From NCBI GenBank assembly GCA_963819695.1, contig CAWFXD010000002.1, positions 503,142 through 567,141 on the forward strand: DNA of 64,000 nucleotides, in the 5' to 3' direction. The position numbers and the translations under genes were made by a program. This document shows positions 1 through 11,817 of this stretch, in pieces. Under the pieces are notes generated by a model. That model searched no databases. It saw nothing but the letters and a program-made list of their open reading frames with translations, and had not been told where the DNA came from. The DNA comes from an uncultured Acidimicrobiaceae bacterium (GTDB taxonomy: Bacteria > Actinomycetota > Acidimicrobiia > Acidimicrobiales > RAAP-2). How positions within the stretch are numbered: position 1 is the stretch's first letter; the number at the start of each line of letters is the position of its first letter.

Positions 1-875
<875 letters not shown>

Positions 876-878
876 TCC

Positions 879-1865
879 ATGGCCGGCGGTCAGGAGCGCA
901 TCCTTCGACGACGGATCCGGAGTATCCAGTCGACGAAGAAGATCACCAAGGCGATGGAGCTCATCGCCGCCTCCCAGATCGTCCGGGCCCAGGGCCGGAT
1001 CGCCGCCGCCCGCCCCTACGAGGCGGGGATGGCCCGCATCGTCCTCGAAGCCGCCGCCGGTGACCCGGTGGCCGCCGGCCACCTGCTCGGCACCCCGGAG
1101 ACCATCGAGAAGGTGGCCGTCCTGTCGATGGCTGCCGACCGCGGGTTGTGCGGCGGGTACAACACCTCGGTGTTCCGGGCCACCGATCGCCACCTGGTGG
1201 CGGGGGAAGCCGAAGGCATCGAGTACCGGTTGTTCACGGTGGGGAAGAAGGCCCAGCGCTTCTTCCGCTTCCGGGGACGCGAGGTCGAGCAATCGTTCAC
1301 CGGCTTCAGCGAGCGGCCCACCTTCGAAGACGCCCGGGTGGTTGCCGCCGCCGTCCTCACCCCGTTCGTCAACGGCGAGGTCGACCAGGTGATGATCGTC
1401 TCCACCCGTTACCACTCCGCCGGGACCCAGCGGGTCGAGGTCAGGCAGCTGTTGCCGTTGGTCGACCCCCGCCAGCTCCCGGTTGGCGATGACGATGGCG
1501 ACGGCAGTTCCGGCCCGGTGTCGTCCACCAGCGCCGGTGACGGCGACGAGGTGCGGGCCGGATACACCGAATTCGAGCCCGACGCCGCCGAGCTGCTCGA
1601 GACGCTGGTACCCCGGGCCGCCGAGACCGCCATCTTCGCCGCTCTGCTCGAGGACGCCGCCTCCGAGCTCACCGCCCGGCAGCGGGCGATGGCGGCCGCC
1701 ACCGACAATGCCGAGGAACTGGTCAAGAAGTACACGCGGATCATGAACCGGGCCCGGCAGGACACCATCACCACCGAGATCATGGAGATCGTCGGCGGCG
1801 CCGAAGCCCTGCGGGCCGGGGCCGACGAGGACGAGGGCGGACTGGTCATCGAGGCCAGGGTCTGA
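879..1865 (+). CDS. atpG: F0F1 ATP synthase subunit gamma
   Basis: ATG 879 lies 4 nt after the atpA stop. The N-terminus (RRRIRSIQSTKKITKAMELIAASQ) and C-terminus (ITTEIMEIVGGAEAL) are gamma hallmarks. It carries an acidic/Ser-rich insert (DDDGDGSSGPVSSTSAGDGDE). Confidence 0.93.
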   Translation: MAGGQERILRRRIRSIQSTKKITKAMELIAASQIVRAQGRIAAARPYEAGMARIVLEAAAGDPVAAGHLLGTPETIEKVAVLSMAADRGLCGGYNTSVFRATDRHLVAGEAEGIEYRLFTVGKKAQRFFRFRGREVEQSFTGFSERPTFEDARVVAAAVLTPFVNGEVDQVMIVSTRYHSAGTQRVEVRQLLPLVDPRQLPVGDDDGDGSSGPVSSTSAGDGDEVRAGYTEFEPDAAELLETLVPRAAETAIFAALLEDAASELTARQRAMAAATDNAEELVKKYTRIMNRARQDTITTEIMEIVGGAEALRAGADEDEGGLVIEARV

Positions 1866-1923
1866 ACATGAACCCGAACCTGTCCATGACCCTGCCCATG
1901 ACCGCCACCACCGCCACCACTGA

Positions 1924-3411
<1,488 letters not shown>

Positions 3412-3429
3412 GCGGACGGATCCTGATCG

Positions 3430-3984
3430 ATGCCTGACGACGCGGTCTACGCCGCCAAGGTGGTCACCCCCGAGCGGGTGCTGTTCAGTGGCCCTGCCAC
3501 CGAGGTCATCCTCCGGACGGCCGACGGCGACATCACCTTCCTGGCCGGCCACAGCCCGCTGGTGGGGACCGTCGAGCCCGGCCTGGTCCGGGTGGTGCGG
3601 GAAGAGGGCGAGGAGCAGCGGATCGCCGTCCACGGCGGCTTCGTCCAGGTCGAGCAGCATGTCGACGCCGATGTCGAGGGTGGGTCCTCGTCGTCTCCTT
3701 CCTCTCCTTCGTCCCCCTCCTCCCCGTCGTCGGGCACCGGCGGGACACTGGTCACCGTGCTGGCCGGCATCGCCGAGTTGGCCGAGGAGATCGACACCGA
3801 CCGGGCCCAGCTGGCCCACGATGCCGCCGAGGCCCGGGTGACCGAGTTGGCATCCGCCGGCCGGACCTCGGAGTCGGGGGCTGAAGATGAAGTCGATGCC
3901 GAGGTCATCGAAGCCGAGGCGGCGCTACGGCGTTCCGAGGTTCGCCTGGAAGCCGCCGGGGTGACCGCTGGGGCCGGTTCCTAG
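3430..3984 (+). CDS. atpC: F0F1 ATP synthase subunit epsilon, unusually long (184 aa) with a Ser/Pro insert
   Basis: Position directly after atpD. The N-terminal beta-sandwich sequence (VVTPERVLFSGPATEVILRTADGDITFLAGHSPLVGTVEPG...VHGGFVQV) and the helical tail (AEEIDTDRAQLAHDAAEARV) fit epsilon. An extra segment is described in the findings. Confidence 0.85.
   Translation: MPDDAVYAAKVVTPERVLFSGPATEVILRTADGDITFLAGHSPLVGTVEPGLVRVVREEGEEQRIAVHGGFVQVEQHVDADVEGGSSSSPSSPSSPSSPSSGTGGTLVTVLAGIAELAEEIDTDRAQLAHDAAEARVTELASAGRTSESGAEDEVDAEVIEAEAALRRSEVRLEAAGVTAGAGS
3685..3732 (+). repeat. In-frame Ser/Pro microsatellite-like coding repeat (SSSSPSSPSSPSSPSS) inside atpC
   Basis: tcc tcg tcg tct cct tcc tct cct tcg tcc ccc tcc tcc ccg tcg tcg, read directly in the atpC frame. 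Confidence 0.8.
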
Positions 3985-4011
3985 CGTCCGCGAAGGGGCC
4001 GGTGGCCGCCG

Positions 4012-5007
4012 TCAGTTGAATTCGATGGCGCTGTACTCGCTGAGTTTGTGCAGCGGGTGCCGGGCATCGATGAGGCGCACGGTGCCGGACTTGGACCGCA
4101 TCACCAGCGACTGGGTGCTGGCCCCGAAGTGGTCGTAGCGAACCCCGCTCAGCAGTTCACCGTCGGTGATGCCGGTGGCGGCGAAGAAGCAGTTGTCGCC
4201 TCGGACCAGATCATCGGTGGTGAGTACGGCGTTGAGGTCGTAGCCGGCCGCAATCGCCGCGTCCCGCTCGGTATCGTTGCGGGCCCACAGGCGCCCCTGG
4301 ATCTCGCCCCCCATCGACTTGAGCGCCGCCGCCGCGATCACGCCCTCGGGGGTGCCGCCGATCCCGAACAGGATGTCGACTCCGGTGTCGGGCCAGGCGG
4401 TGGCGATGGCACCCGCCACGTCCCCGTCGGTGATCAACCGGATCCGAGTGCCGGCTTCGCGCACCGAACGGATGAGATCGTCGTGGCGAGGGCGATCGAG
4501 GATCACCGCGGTCAGGTCCCTCACGGATGTCCCCTTGGCCTTGGCCACCGAGTGGAGGTTGTCCGCTACCGAGGCGGTCACGTCGATGGCGCCCTTCGCC
4601 CACGGGCCGACCGCCAACTTCTCCATGTACACGCAGGGCCCCGGGTCGAACATGGTTCCCCGCTCGGAGGCGGCGATCACCGCCAGCGCCCCTCCGCGCC
4701 CGAGGGCGGTGGGGGTGGTGCCGTCGATGGGGTCGACGGCGATGTCGGTTTCCGGCGGGGAGCCGTCACCGATCCGCTCGCCGTTGAACAGCATCGGGGC
4801 ATTGTCCTTCTCCCCTTCACCGATGATCACGATCCCGTCCATGGCGATGCTCGAGAGGACGATGCGCATGGCGTTGACCGCGGCCCCGTCCGCCCCCTCC
4901 TTGTCACCCCGTCCCATCCACCGGGAGGCGGCCATGGCCGCCGCCTCGGTGACACGGACGAGCTCCATGGCCAGGTTGCGGTCGGGGGCTTGCGATGAGG
5001 GTGTCAC
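4012..5007 (-). CDS. glpX: Class II fructose-1,6-bisphosphatase
   Basis: [38 protein letters not shown]...VDPIDGTT...[10 protein letters not shown]...GIGGTPEGV...[10 protein letters not shown] matches GlpX end to end. A GTG start at 5007 keeps the conserved APDRNLA segment; the ATG at 4968 is the alternative. The rest of the 781-aa ORF-track entry is antisense to murA. Confidence 0.9.
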   Translation of the reverse strand: MTPSSQAPDRNLAMELVRVTEAAAMAASRWMGRGDKEGADGAAVNAMRIVLSSIAMDGIVIIGEGEKDNAPMLFNGERIGDGSPPETDIAVDPIDGTTPTALGRGGALAVIAASERGTMFDPGPCVYMEKLAVGPWAKGAIDVTASVADNLHSVAKAKGTSVRDLTAVILDRPRHDDLIRSVREAGTRIRLITDGDVAGAIATAWPDTGVDILFGIGGTPEGVIAAAALKSMGGEIQGRLWARNDTERDAAIAAGYDLNAVLTTDDLVRGDNCFFAATGITDGELLSGVRYDHFGASTQSLVMRSKSGTVRLIDARHPLHKLSEYSAIEFN

Positions 5008-5145
5008 GGGCCATGAGGCTACATCGGTCGGAGCCGGCGGCCGGAAGAACCCGTGATGAAGGAGAAACCGCGACGAAGGGTGAGGTGGGCGCCACGCTGG
5101 AGAGGAATCCTCGGGGTGGCCGCGCCCACGCGCCATACTGGCCGG

Positions 5146-6426
5146 GTGGATAGCTTCTCGGTCACCGCCAACGGGCAATTGTCGGGGACGGTGAGAGCCG
5201 GAGGGGCCAAGAATTCGGTCTTGAAGCTGATGGCCGCCTGCCTGTTGGCCGAGGGTCGCCACGTGCTCACCAATGTGCCCCGCATCTCCGACGTGGACAC
5301 CATGGGCGAAGTGCTCTCGGCCATGGGAGCCACCGTGGAGCGGGGGGAGGCCCCCGACGAACTGGTGGTGACCACCCCGGCCGAGTTGGCGCCCGAGGCC
5401 CCCTACCACCTGGTGGAGAAGATGCGGGCCTCGGTGGTGGTGCTCGGCCCGTTGCTGGCCCGGTGCGGCCGGGCCCGGGTGTCGATGCCCGGCGGGGACG
5501 ATTTCGGGCTCCGGCCCATCGACATGCACCTCCACGCGCTCGAGTCGCTGGGGGCGACCTTCCAGTCGGCGCACGGCTACATCGAGGGGACCGTCGAGTC
5601 CTCGGTGGCGGGGATGCCCCGGCTCGTGGGGAACAAGGTGGTGCTCGAGTACCCGAGCCACACCGGCACCGACAACGTGCTGATGGCGGCGGCGCTGGCC
5701 AAGGGGACCACCGTCATCGAGAACGCCGCCCGGGAGCCCGAGGTGCTCGATCTGGCCGAATTCCTCAACGCGATGGGCGCCAACATCACCGGGGCGGGAT
5801 CGTCCCGCATCGAGGTCGAGGGGGTCGAACGGCTGCATCCGGCGCAGCACGCGGTCATCCCCGACCGGTTGGTGGTGGCCACCTTCTTGGTGGCGGCCGG
5901 ACTGGCCGGAGGCGAGGTGGTGGTGGAGGACGGCCGGCCCGATCACATGGACATGCTGCTCCGGAAGCTGACGGCCACCGGCATCGAGATCACCCAGGAG
6001 CCCGAAGGGCTTCGGGCGGCCCGGGACTCGTCGACGCGGCTGCATTCGGTGGACGTGGCCACGCTGCCGTATCCCGGGGTGGCCACCGACTACAAGCCAC
6101 TGCTGGTGACCCTGCTGACGGTGGCGGAAGGGGTGGGCATCGTCACCGAGAACCTCTTCTTCGGGCGGTTCCGGTACGTCGACGAACTCAAGCGCATGGG
6201 GGCGGACATCCGGACCGAGGGGCATCATGCGGTGGTGCGGGGGGTGGATCACCTCTCCAGTGCCCAGGTTCGGGCCCTCGACGTCCGGGCCGGGGCCGCG
6301 TTGGTGCTGGCCGGCCTGGTGGCCGACGGGGAGACCACCATCCGGGACGCCCACCACGTCGACCGTGGCTACGAGGACCTGGCCGGGAAGCTGACCTCGC
6401 TCGGCGCCAAGGTATCCCGGGACTGA
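5146..6426 (+). CDS. murA: UDP-N-acetylglucosamine 1-carboxyvinyltransferase
   Basis: [47 protein letters not shown] and a two-domain repeat architecture. GTG 5146 gives the normal N-terminus; the ORF-track start at 5053 adds an Arg-rich non-homologous leader. Confidence 0.9.
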   Translation: MDSFSVTANGQLSGTVRAGGAKNSVLKLMAACLLAEGRHVLTNVPRISDVDTMGEVLSAMGATVERGEAPDELVVTTPAELAPEAPYHLVEKMRASVVVLGPLLARCGRARVSMPGGDDFGLRPIDMHLHALESLGATFQSAHGYIEGTVESSVAGMPRLVGNKVVLEYPSHTGTDNVLMAAALAKGTTVIENAAREPEVLDLAEFLNAMGANITGAGSSRIEVEGVERLHPAQHAVIPDRLVVATFLVAAGLAGGEVVVEDGRPDHMDMLLRKLTATGIEITQEPEGLRAARDSSTRLHSVDVATLPYPGVATDYKPLLVTLLTVAEGVGIVTENLFFGRFRYVDELKRMGADIRTEGHHAVVRGVDHLSSAQVRALDVRAGAALVLAGLVADGETTIRDAHHVDRGYEDLAGKLTSLGAKVSRD

Positions 6427-6459
6427 CCGCTATCCGTTCCGCTATACGCTCGGCACCTC

Positions 6460-7458
6460 ATGGCGTCCCCCTCCCAGCCGTCCTCCGACCGTAAGGACCC
6501 GGCCTCCCTGTTCCGAGCGGCCCAAGCCGGCGACCGGGTGGCCCTGGCCCGGTTGCTGTCCCTGATCGAACGTGGGGGACCGCCGTCGCGGGCGATCGCC
6601 GGTCTCGCCTACCAGACGAAATTGGCGAGCTACACGGTGGGCATCACCGGAGCCCCCGGGGCGGGGAAGTCCACCCTCACCGACCGGTTGATCGCCATTG
6701 CCCGAGTGGCCGGTCAGGTCGGGGTGCTGGCCATCGATCCGTCGTCGCCGTTCTCCGGCGGGGCCATTCTCGGCGACCGGGTCCGCATGCAGAACCACGC
6801 CCTCGACGATGCCGTGTTCATCCGGTCGATGGCCACCCGTGGCCACCTCGGTGGATTGGCGGTGGCGGTTCCCGATGCCGTGCGGGTGCTGTCGGCCACC
6901 GGGTTTCCGTTGGTGTTCATCGAGACGGTGGGGGTCGGCCAGCAGGAGGTCTCGGTAGCATCGGCTGCCGACACCACGGTGGTGGTGGTCAACCCGGGGT
7001 GGGGCGACGCCATCCAGGCCAACAAGGCCGGGCTCATGGAGATCGCCGACCTGTTCGTCATCAACAAGGCCGATCGTCCCGGCGCCCGGGAGACGCGGCG
7101 CGATCTCGACCAGATGCTCGATCTCGCCACCCCTGACACCCTTGATGACTGGCGGCCACGGATTGTGGAGACGGTGGCTTCCTCCGGCGAGGGCTGCCAA
7201 CCGTTGTGGGATGCCATCGGTGAGCACCGGGCCCATCTGGAGGCCCAGGGTCTGCTCGAGGAACGTCGGCGTCAGCGTCTCGAGCGCGAGTTCCGCCAGA
7301 TCGTCACCGGCCGGGTCGACCAGAGGATCCACAGCCCACGGTTCGCCAAGGTGCTGAGCGAGGTGACCGACGCGCTGGTCGACGGGGACATCGATCCCTA
7401 CGAAGCCGCCGACCGGATGCTGTCGGCCATCGCCGACGACGATACCGATAGCGTTTGA
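6460..7458 (+). CDS. meaB: Methylmalonyl-CoA mutase-associated G3E GTPase (MeaB/ArgK family)
   Basis: GITGAPGAGKSTL (P-loop), AIDPSSPFSGGAILGDRVRM, FIETVGVGQ and INKAD motifs. Confidence 0.85.
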   Translation: MASPSQPSSDRKDPASLFRAAQAGDRVALARLLSLIERGGPPSRAIAGLAYQTKLASYTVGITGAPGAGKSTLTDRLIAIARVAGQVGVLAIDPSSPFSGGAILGDRVRMQNHALDDAVFIRSMATRGHLGGLAVAVPDAVRVLSATGFPLVFIETVGVGQQEVSVASAADTTVVVVNPGWGDAIQANKAGLMEIADLFVINKADRPGARETRRDLDQMLDLATPDTLDDWRPRIVETVASSGEGCQPLWDAIGEHRAHLEAQGLLEERRRQRLEREFRQIVTGRVDQRIHSPRFAKVLSEVTDALVDGDIDPYEAADRMLSAIADDDTDSV

Positions 7459-9347
7459 GTGTGACCAGCAACCCGCAAGTGGAGATCGAGGCGCGGCGCC
7501 AACCGGTGTCGGTGCCCACCTCCATCGGCGGGCCACTGCTGCCTCCGGCCGAGGATCCCGGCTGGTTCCGGCGGGCGGTCTTCTACGAGGTGTACATCCG
7601 GGGATTCTTCGACGCCAACGACGACGGCACTGGCGACATCCCCGGACTGACCGCCAAACTCGACTATCTCCAGTGGCTCGGGGTCGACTGCCTGTGGCTG
7701 CTTCCCTTCTATGACTCGCCCCTCCGGGACGGCGGCTACGACATCAGCGACTACTACTCGGTCCACCCCGACTACGGCACCGTCGAGGATCTCCAGAAGC
7801 TGCTGAGCGAGGCCCACGCCCGGGGCATGCGGGTCATCGCCGACCTGGTGATCAACCACACCAGCGACCAGCACCCTTGGTTCCTCGAGTCCCGTCGGGA
7901 TCGCACCAATCCCCGGGCCGACTGGTATGTATGGAACGACGACGACCAGCGGTGGCCCGAGGCCCGGATCGTCTTCGTCGACGTCGAGCGTTCGAACTGG
8001 GCCTACGACCCGGTCCGGGATCAGTACTTCTGGCATCGCTTCTACGGCCACCAGCCCGATCTCAACTATGCCAACCCGGAAGTGGCCGAGGCCATGCTGG
8101 ACGTGGTCCGGTTCTGGCTCGACCTCGGGCTCGACGGGTTCCGTCTTGACGCGGTGCCCTTCCTGTTCCAGTCGGACGGGACGTCCGGGGAGAACCTTCC
8201 CGAGACCCACGCCTTCATCCGCCGGGTGCGGGCCGAGCTCGAAGCCGACTATCCGGGCCGGATCCTGCTGGCCGAAGCCAACGGCTGGCCGGCCGACGTC
8301 GCCGACTACTTCGGGGACGGCGACGAATGCCAGCTCTGCTTCCACTTTCCCCTGATGCCCCGCCTGTTCATGGCCGTACGGCGAGAGCAGCGCTATCCGA
8401 TCACCGAGATCCTGGCCCAGACCCCCGAAGCCCCGCCCGGTTGCCAGTGGGCGATCTTCCTGCGCAACCACGATGAGCTGACGCTGGAGATGGTGTCGGA
8501 TGAAGATCGCGACTACCTGTTCTCCGAGTACGCCAAGGACCCGAGGATGAAGCGGCACATGGGCATCGGGCGCCGGCTGGCCCCGCTGCTCGAGCGTGAC
8601 CGGCGGCTGACCGAGCTGCTGTACTCGTTGTTGTTGACCCTCCCGGGAAGTCCGGTCCTCTACTACGGGGACGAGCTGCAGATGGGGGACAACCTGTATC
8701 TGGGTGATCGTGACTCGGTTCGCACGCCGATGCAGTGGACCCCTGACCGCAACGGCGGCTTCAGCCGGGCCGACTTCGCCCAGCTCTACCTGCCTCCGTT
8801 GATGGACCCCGTCTACGGATTCGCGGCGGTGAATGTGGAGGCCCAGCAACGGAATTCGAGCTCGTTCCTCCATTGGCTCCGGCGGATGCTGGCGGTGCGC
8901 CGCCAGTTCTCCCTGTTCGGCACCGGATCGTTCGAAGCCCTCCCGTGCGCCAACCCGTCGGTGCTGGCCTTCGTGCGTTCGACGCCGCCGGGGGACGACG
9001 ACACCGAGCGGGGCTCGGGAGTCACCATGGAAGGCGCCTCCTCCGCCGAGGTCGGGGCGGACGGGTACCTGGCGCCGGGCGAGGATCCCGAAGAAATCAA
9101 CCCGCTTCTCTGCATTCACAACCTGAGCCGGTTCTCTCAACCGGCCGATCTGTATTTGGGCAGGTGGGCGGGTCGCCAGCCCGTGGAACTTCTGGGGCGG
9201 GTACCGTTTCCGATTGTGGGAACCGAACCGTATCCGGTCACCATGGCCCCCTACGGCTACCAATTGTTCGAACTGGTGGAACCGATCCAGACGCTGGCCG
9301 GAGAGCTCCTCCTGGCCGGGGAACTCCCCCGGGAGGGGTCGCTGTGA
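7455..9347 (+). CDS. treS: Trehalose synthase / maltose alpha-D-glucosyltransferase (GH13)
   Basis: WFRRAVFYEVYIRGFFDANDDGTGDIPGLTAKLDYLQWLGVDCLWLLPFYDSPLRDGGYDISDY, VINHTSDQHPWF, GFRLDAVPFL and FLRNHDELTLEM. The start overlaps the meaB stop. Confidence 0.9.
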   Translation: MSVTSNPQVEIEARRQPVSVPTSIGGPLLPPAEDPGWFRRAVFYEVYIRGFFDANDDGTGDIPGLTAKLDYLQWLGVDCLWLLPFYDSPLRDGGYDISDYYSVHPDYGTVEDLQKLLSEAHARGMRVIADLVINHTSDQHPWFLESRRDRTNPRADWYVWNDDDQRWPEARIVFVDVERSNWAYDPVRDQYFWHRFYGHQPDLNYANPEVAEAMLDVVRFWLDLGLDGFRLDAVPFLFQSDGTSGENLPETHAFIRRVRAELEADYPGRILLAEANGWPADVADYFGDGDECQLCFHFPLMPRLFMAVRREQRYPITEILAQTPEAPPGCQWAIFLRNHDELTLEMVSDEDRDYLFSEYAKDPRMKRHMGIGRRLAPLLERDRRLTELLYSLLLTLPGSPVLYYGDELQMGDNLYLGDRDSVRTPMQWTPDRNGGFSRADFAQLYLPPLMDPVYGFAAVNVEAQQRNSSSFLHWLRRMLAVRRQFSLFGTGSFEALPCANPSVLAFVRSTPPGDDDTERGSGVTMEGASSAEVGADGYLAPGEDPEEINPLLCIHNLSRFSQPADLYLGRWAGRQPVELLGRVPFPIVGTEPYPVTMAPYGYQLFELVEPIQTLAGELLLAGELPREGSL

Positions 9348-10735
9348 GTTGGTCGGAGACCGGTCTCGCCCTGGAGGAGGTCCCCGCCTCCGCCTATCCG
9401 GCCCTGCGTGAGCTGGTGGCGGCCTTCGCCAGTCACCGCCCCCGGTGGGGCGCCGATGGCGATGCCGTCGCCGTCGGCAGTGACGGCCTCGACGATGGCA
9501 GTGTGACCATCGGGGAAGACCTCGCCGATGTCGCCCCGGAGTCGGTCACCATCCGGAGCGCAGATGTGGTGCGCTCGGGTCGGCCCGGGCTCATCAGCGT
9601 GATCGCCGACGTCCCCGGCCGGTTGGTCCACGCGGTGCTCGGTCTCCGGGCCCCGGGGGACGAGGTGCAATTCCTGGTCGACGCCGACGACTCGCCGCTG
9701 GGGATCTTCGAGGACGGAGACGGTCTGGCCGTCGTCTTCGACGCCACCTCCGACGCCGAATTGATGCGATGCCTGCTCGAGGCGGTCGGCGGGGCGAGTG
9801 GGGGCGACTACGAACGGGTGCGCCGGATCGCCATCACCGACGACACCGTGTCGCTCACCTTCGACGACCGGGTGGCCTTCACCGTCTATCAGCAGCTGCC
9901 GCCCGACGGGGGCCCCCATCCCGGGCTCGAGCTCTTCCTCGGCCTTGACGCAGTCGGGTTCAACCATCTCCTCGCCCCCATCGCGGTGTGGCGCCGGGGT
10001 CGGACCGATCTCGGCGTGGTGCGGGAGTACCAGACCGGCAACACCGGGGGTTGGTCGTTGGCCCTCACCTCGTTGCGGGACCTCTACGCCGCCGGTGGCG
10101 AGCCCGAACGGGCGGGGGGCGACTTCGCCGCCGAGGCACGGCGTCTCGGCACCATGACGGCCAGGATGCACCTGGGACTCGACCAGGCGTTCGGTCGCCA
10201 GATGGGAGACATCGCCGCCTGGGTCGCCGAGGTCGAAGACGCGGTCCGGTTGGTCGACCCTGGCCTGCTGGCCACCGACACGGTGGCCAGCTTGCTGGAT
10301 GACCTTCGGACGTCGGACACCCGGTGTGCGGCCATCCGGACCCACGGCGATTTCCACCTCGGCCGGGTGTCCCGCAATGATCTCGGGTGGTACGTGCTCG
10401 ACTTCTCGCCCGGCGGGCGGTCGGCGCTCACCGCCGGGGTGATCACCGCCGACGGGACAGACTTCCGGTCGCCGCTGGCCGACGTGGCCGACATGTTGTG
10501 GTCGTTCCACCACGTGGCCGTGGTCGCGGCCACCGAGCGCGACCCCTATGGGCGCCTGGGACTGAGCGAGCTGGGTCATGCCTGGGAGGTCCGAAACCGG
10601 CGGGCATTCCTTTCCGAGTATCTGGTCACCCCGGGGATCGGCAGCCTGGTGCCCCCGACCCGGGACATGGTGCGGAACCTGGCCGCGGCGTTCGAGCTCG
10701 AGCGCTCGGCCTCGATGATGGCCCTGCGGGCCTGA
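9344..10735 (+). CDS. mak: Maltokinase (Pep2/Mak, aminoglycoside-phosphotransferase-like fold)
   Basis: GTG 9344 overlaps the treS TGA (GTGA). IRTHGDFHLGRVSRNDLGWYVLDFSPGG is the Mak catalytic-loop pattern, and treS-mak adjacency is typical. The ORF-track 5' extension to 8873 lies inside treS. Confidence 0.8.
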   Translation: MSWSETGLALEEVPASAYPALRELVAAFASHRPRWGADGDAVAVGSDGLDDGSVTIGEDLADVAPESVTIRSADVVRSGRPGLISVIADVPGRLVHAVLGLRAPGDEVQFLVDADDSPLGIFEDGDGLAVVFDATSDAELMRCLLEAVGGASGGDYERVRRIAITDDTVSLTFDDRVAFTVYQQLPPDGGPHPGLELFLGLDAVGFNHLLAPIAVWRRGRTDLGVVREYQTGNTGGWSLALTSLRDLYAAGGEPERAGGDFAAEARRLGTMTARMHLGLDQAFGRQMGDIAAWVAEVEDAVRLVDPGLLATDTVASLLDDLRTSDTRCAAIRTHGDFHLGRVSRNDLGWYVLDFSPGGRSALTAGVITADGTDFRSPLADVADMLWSFHHVAVVAATERDPYGRLGLSELGHAWEVRNRRAFLSEYLVTPGIGSLVPPTRDMVRNLAAAFELERSASMMALRA

Positions 10736-10750
10736 CGGTGAGGAACTGAG

Positions 10751-11803
10751 ATGCGGATAGGGATCCTCACCGGAGGGGGCGACTGTCCCGGCCTCAACGC
10801 GGTGATCCGCGCGGTGGTCGTCGGCGGCGCGGTTCGCTTCGAGGATGAGGCGGTCGGGTTCCTGGACGGGTGGCGGGGAGTCATCGAAGGCGCCACCATC
10901 CCGCTGCGGCCCGACGAGTGCCGGGGGATCCTGACCCGGGGGGGCACCATCCTCGGCTCGTCGCGCACCAACCCGTTCGCCACCGACGAAGGGCCGGATC
11001 GCGTCCTCTCCTCCATCAGGCGGTTGGGCATCGACGCGCTGGTGGCCATCGGGGGCGACGACACCCTGGGAGCCGCCGACCGGCTGGCCGGGATGGGTCT
11101 CCACGTGGTCGGCGTACCCAAGACCATCGACAACGACCTGTCGGGGACCGAGGTCACCTTCGGCTTCGATACCGCCGTCCAGGTTGCCACCGAGGCGATC
11201 GACCGGCTCCAGACGACCGCCGAGTCCCATCATCGGGTCATGGTGTGCGAGGTGATGGGGCGCAACGTCGGTCACATCGCCGTGCACGCCGGCATCGCCG
11301 GTGGCGCCGCCGAGATCCTGATCCCGGAAGAGCCGTTCTCCATCGATGCCGTCTGCCAACGTCTCCGGGATCGGCACTCCGGCGGCCGTTTCTTCTCGAC
11401 CCTGGTGGTGGCGGAAGGAGCCCTCCCCCGGGACGAGACGGCGGCGCTGGCGGCCAAAGGTGCCAGGGTCCCGTTCGGGGGCACCGACCAGTTCGGACAC
11501 GCCCGGCTCGGAGGCATCGGCGGGTGGCTGGCCCAGGAGATCGAGCGCCGGACCGGCTACGAGGCGCGGGCCACGGTGTTGGGCCATATTCAGCGAGGCG
11601 GGTCACCCACCGCCTTCGACCGGGTGCTGGCCACCCGGTTCGGTGCCGCCGCCCTGCAGGCGGTCCACGACGGGGACTTCGGGGCGATGGTGGCGCTCCA
11701 GGCCGGGAACATCGTGTGCATCCCGCTGTCGGAGGCCGCCGGCAAGCCGAGGACCGTCGATCCCCACCTCTACCACGAGGTGGCCGGGCTCTATCTCGGC
11801 TGA
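10751..11803 (+). CDS. pfk: 6-phosphofructokinase (family A; phosphoryl donor not decidable)
   Basis: MRIGILTGGGDCPGLNAVIRAVV, IGGDDTLG, PKTIDNDL, MGRNVGHIA and LGHIQRGG. Confidence 0.9.
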   Translation: MRIGILTGGGDCPGLNAVIRAVVVGGAVRFEDEAVGFLDGWRGVIEGATIPLRPDECRGILTRGGTILGSSRTNPFATDEGPDRVLSSIRRLGIDALVAIGGDDTLGAADRLAGMGLHVVGVPKTIDNDLSGTEVTFGFDTAVQVATEAIDRLQTTAESHHRVMVCEVMGRNVGHIAVHAGIAGGAAEILIPEEPFSIDAVCQRLRDRHSGGRFFSTLVVAEGALPRDETAALAAKGARVPFGGTDQFGHARLGGIGGWLAQEIERRTGYEARATVLGHIQRGGSPTAFDRVLATRFGAAALQAVHDGDFGAMVALQAGNIVCIPLSEAAGKPRTVDPHLYHEVAGLYLG

Positions 11804-11817
11804 CGCCGCCGGCCCGA

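Noticed and set aside
5008-6357. Upstream two-thirds of the 781-aa minus-strand ORF 4012-6357
   Set aside because: Only the 3' third (4012-5007) is GlpX. The remainder is antisense to murA and reads as Gly/Arg/His/Pro-rich sequence that does not look like protein.
8873-9343. 5' extensions of long plus-strand ORFs (8873-9343 for mak; 17814-19382 for the FrhB-like gene; 17497-17592 for sir; 28225-28371 for the ACAD; 59565-60143)
   Set aside because: These stretches overlap the preceding genuine genes in another frame. Homology starts only at the downstream start codons, which are coupled by GTGA/ATGA overlaps or have RBSs.
7398-11587. Minus-strand ORFs 7398-9263 (621 aa) and 9257-11587 (776 aa)
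   Set aside because: They are antisense to treS, mak and pfk, all of which have unambiguous motifs. They are shadow ORFs.
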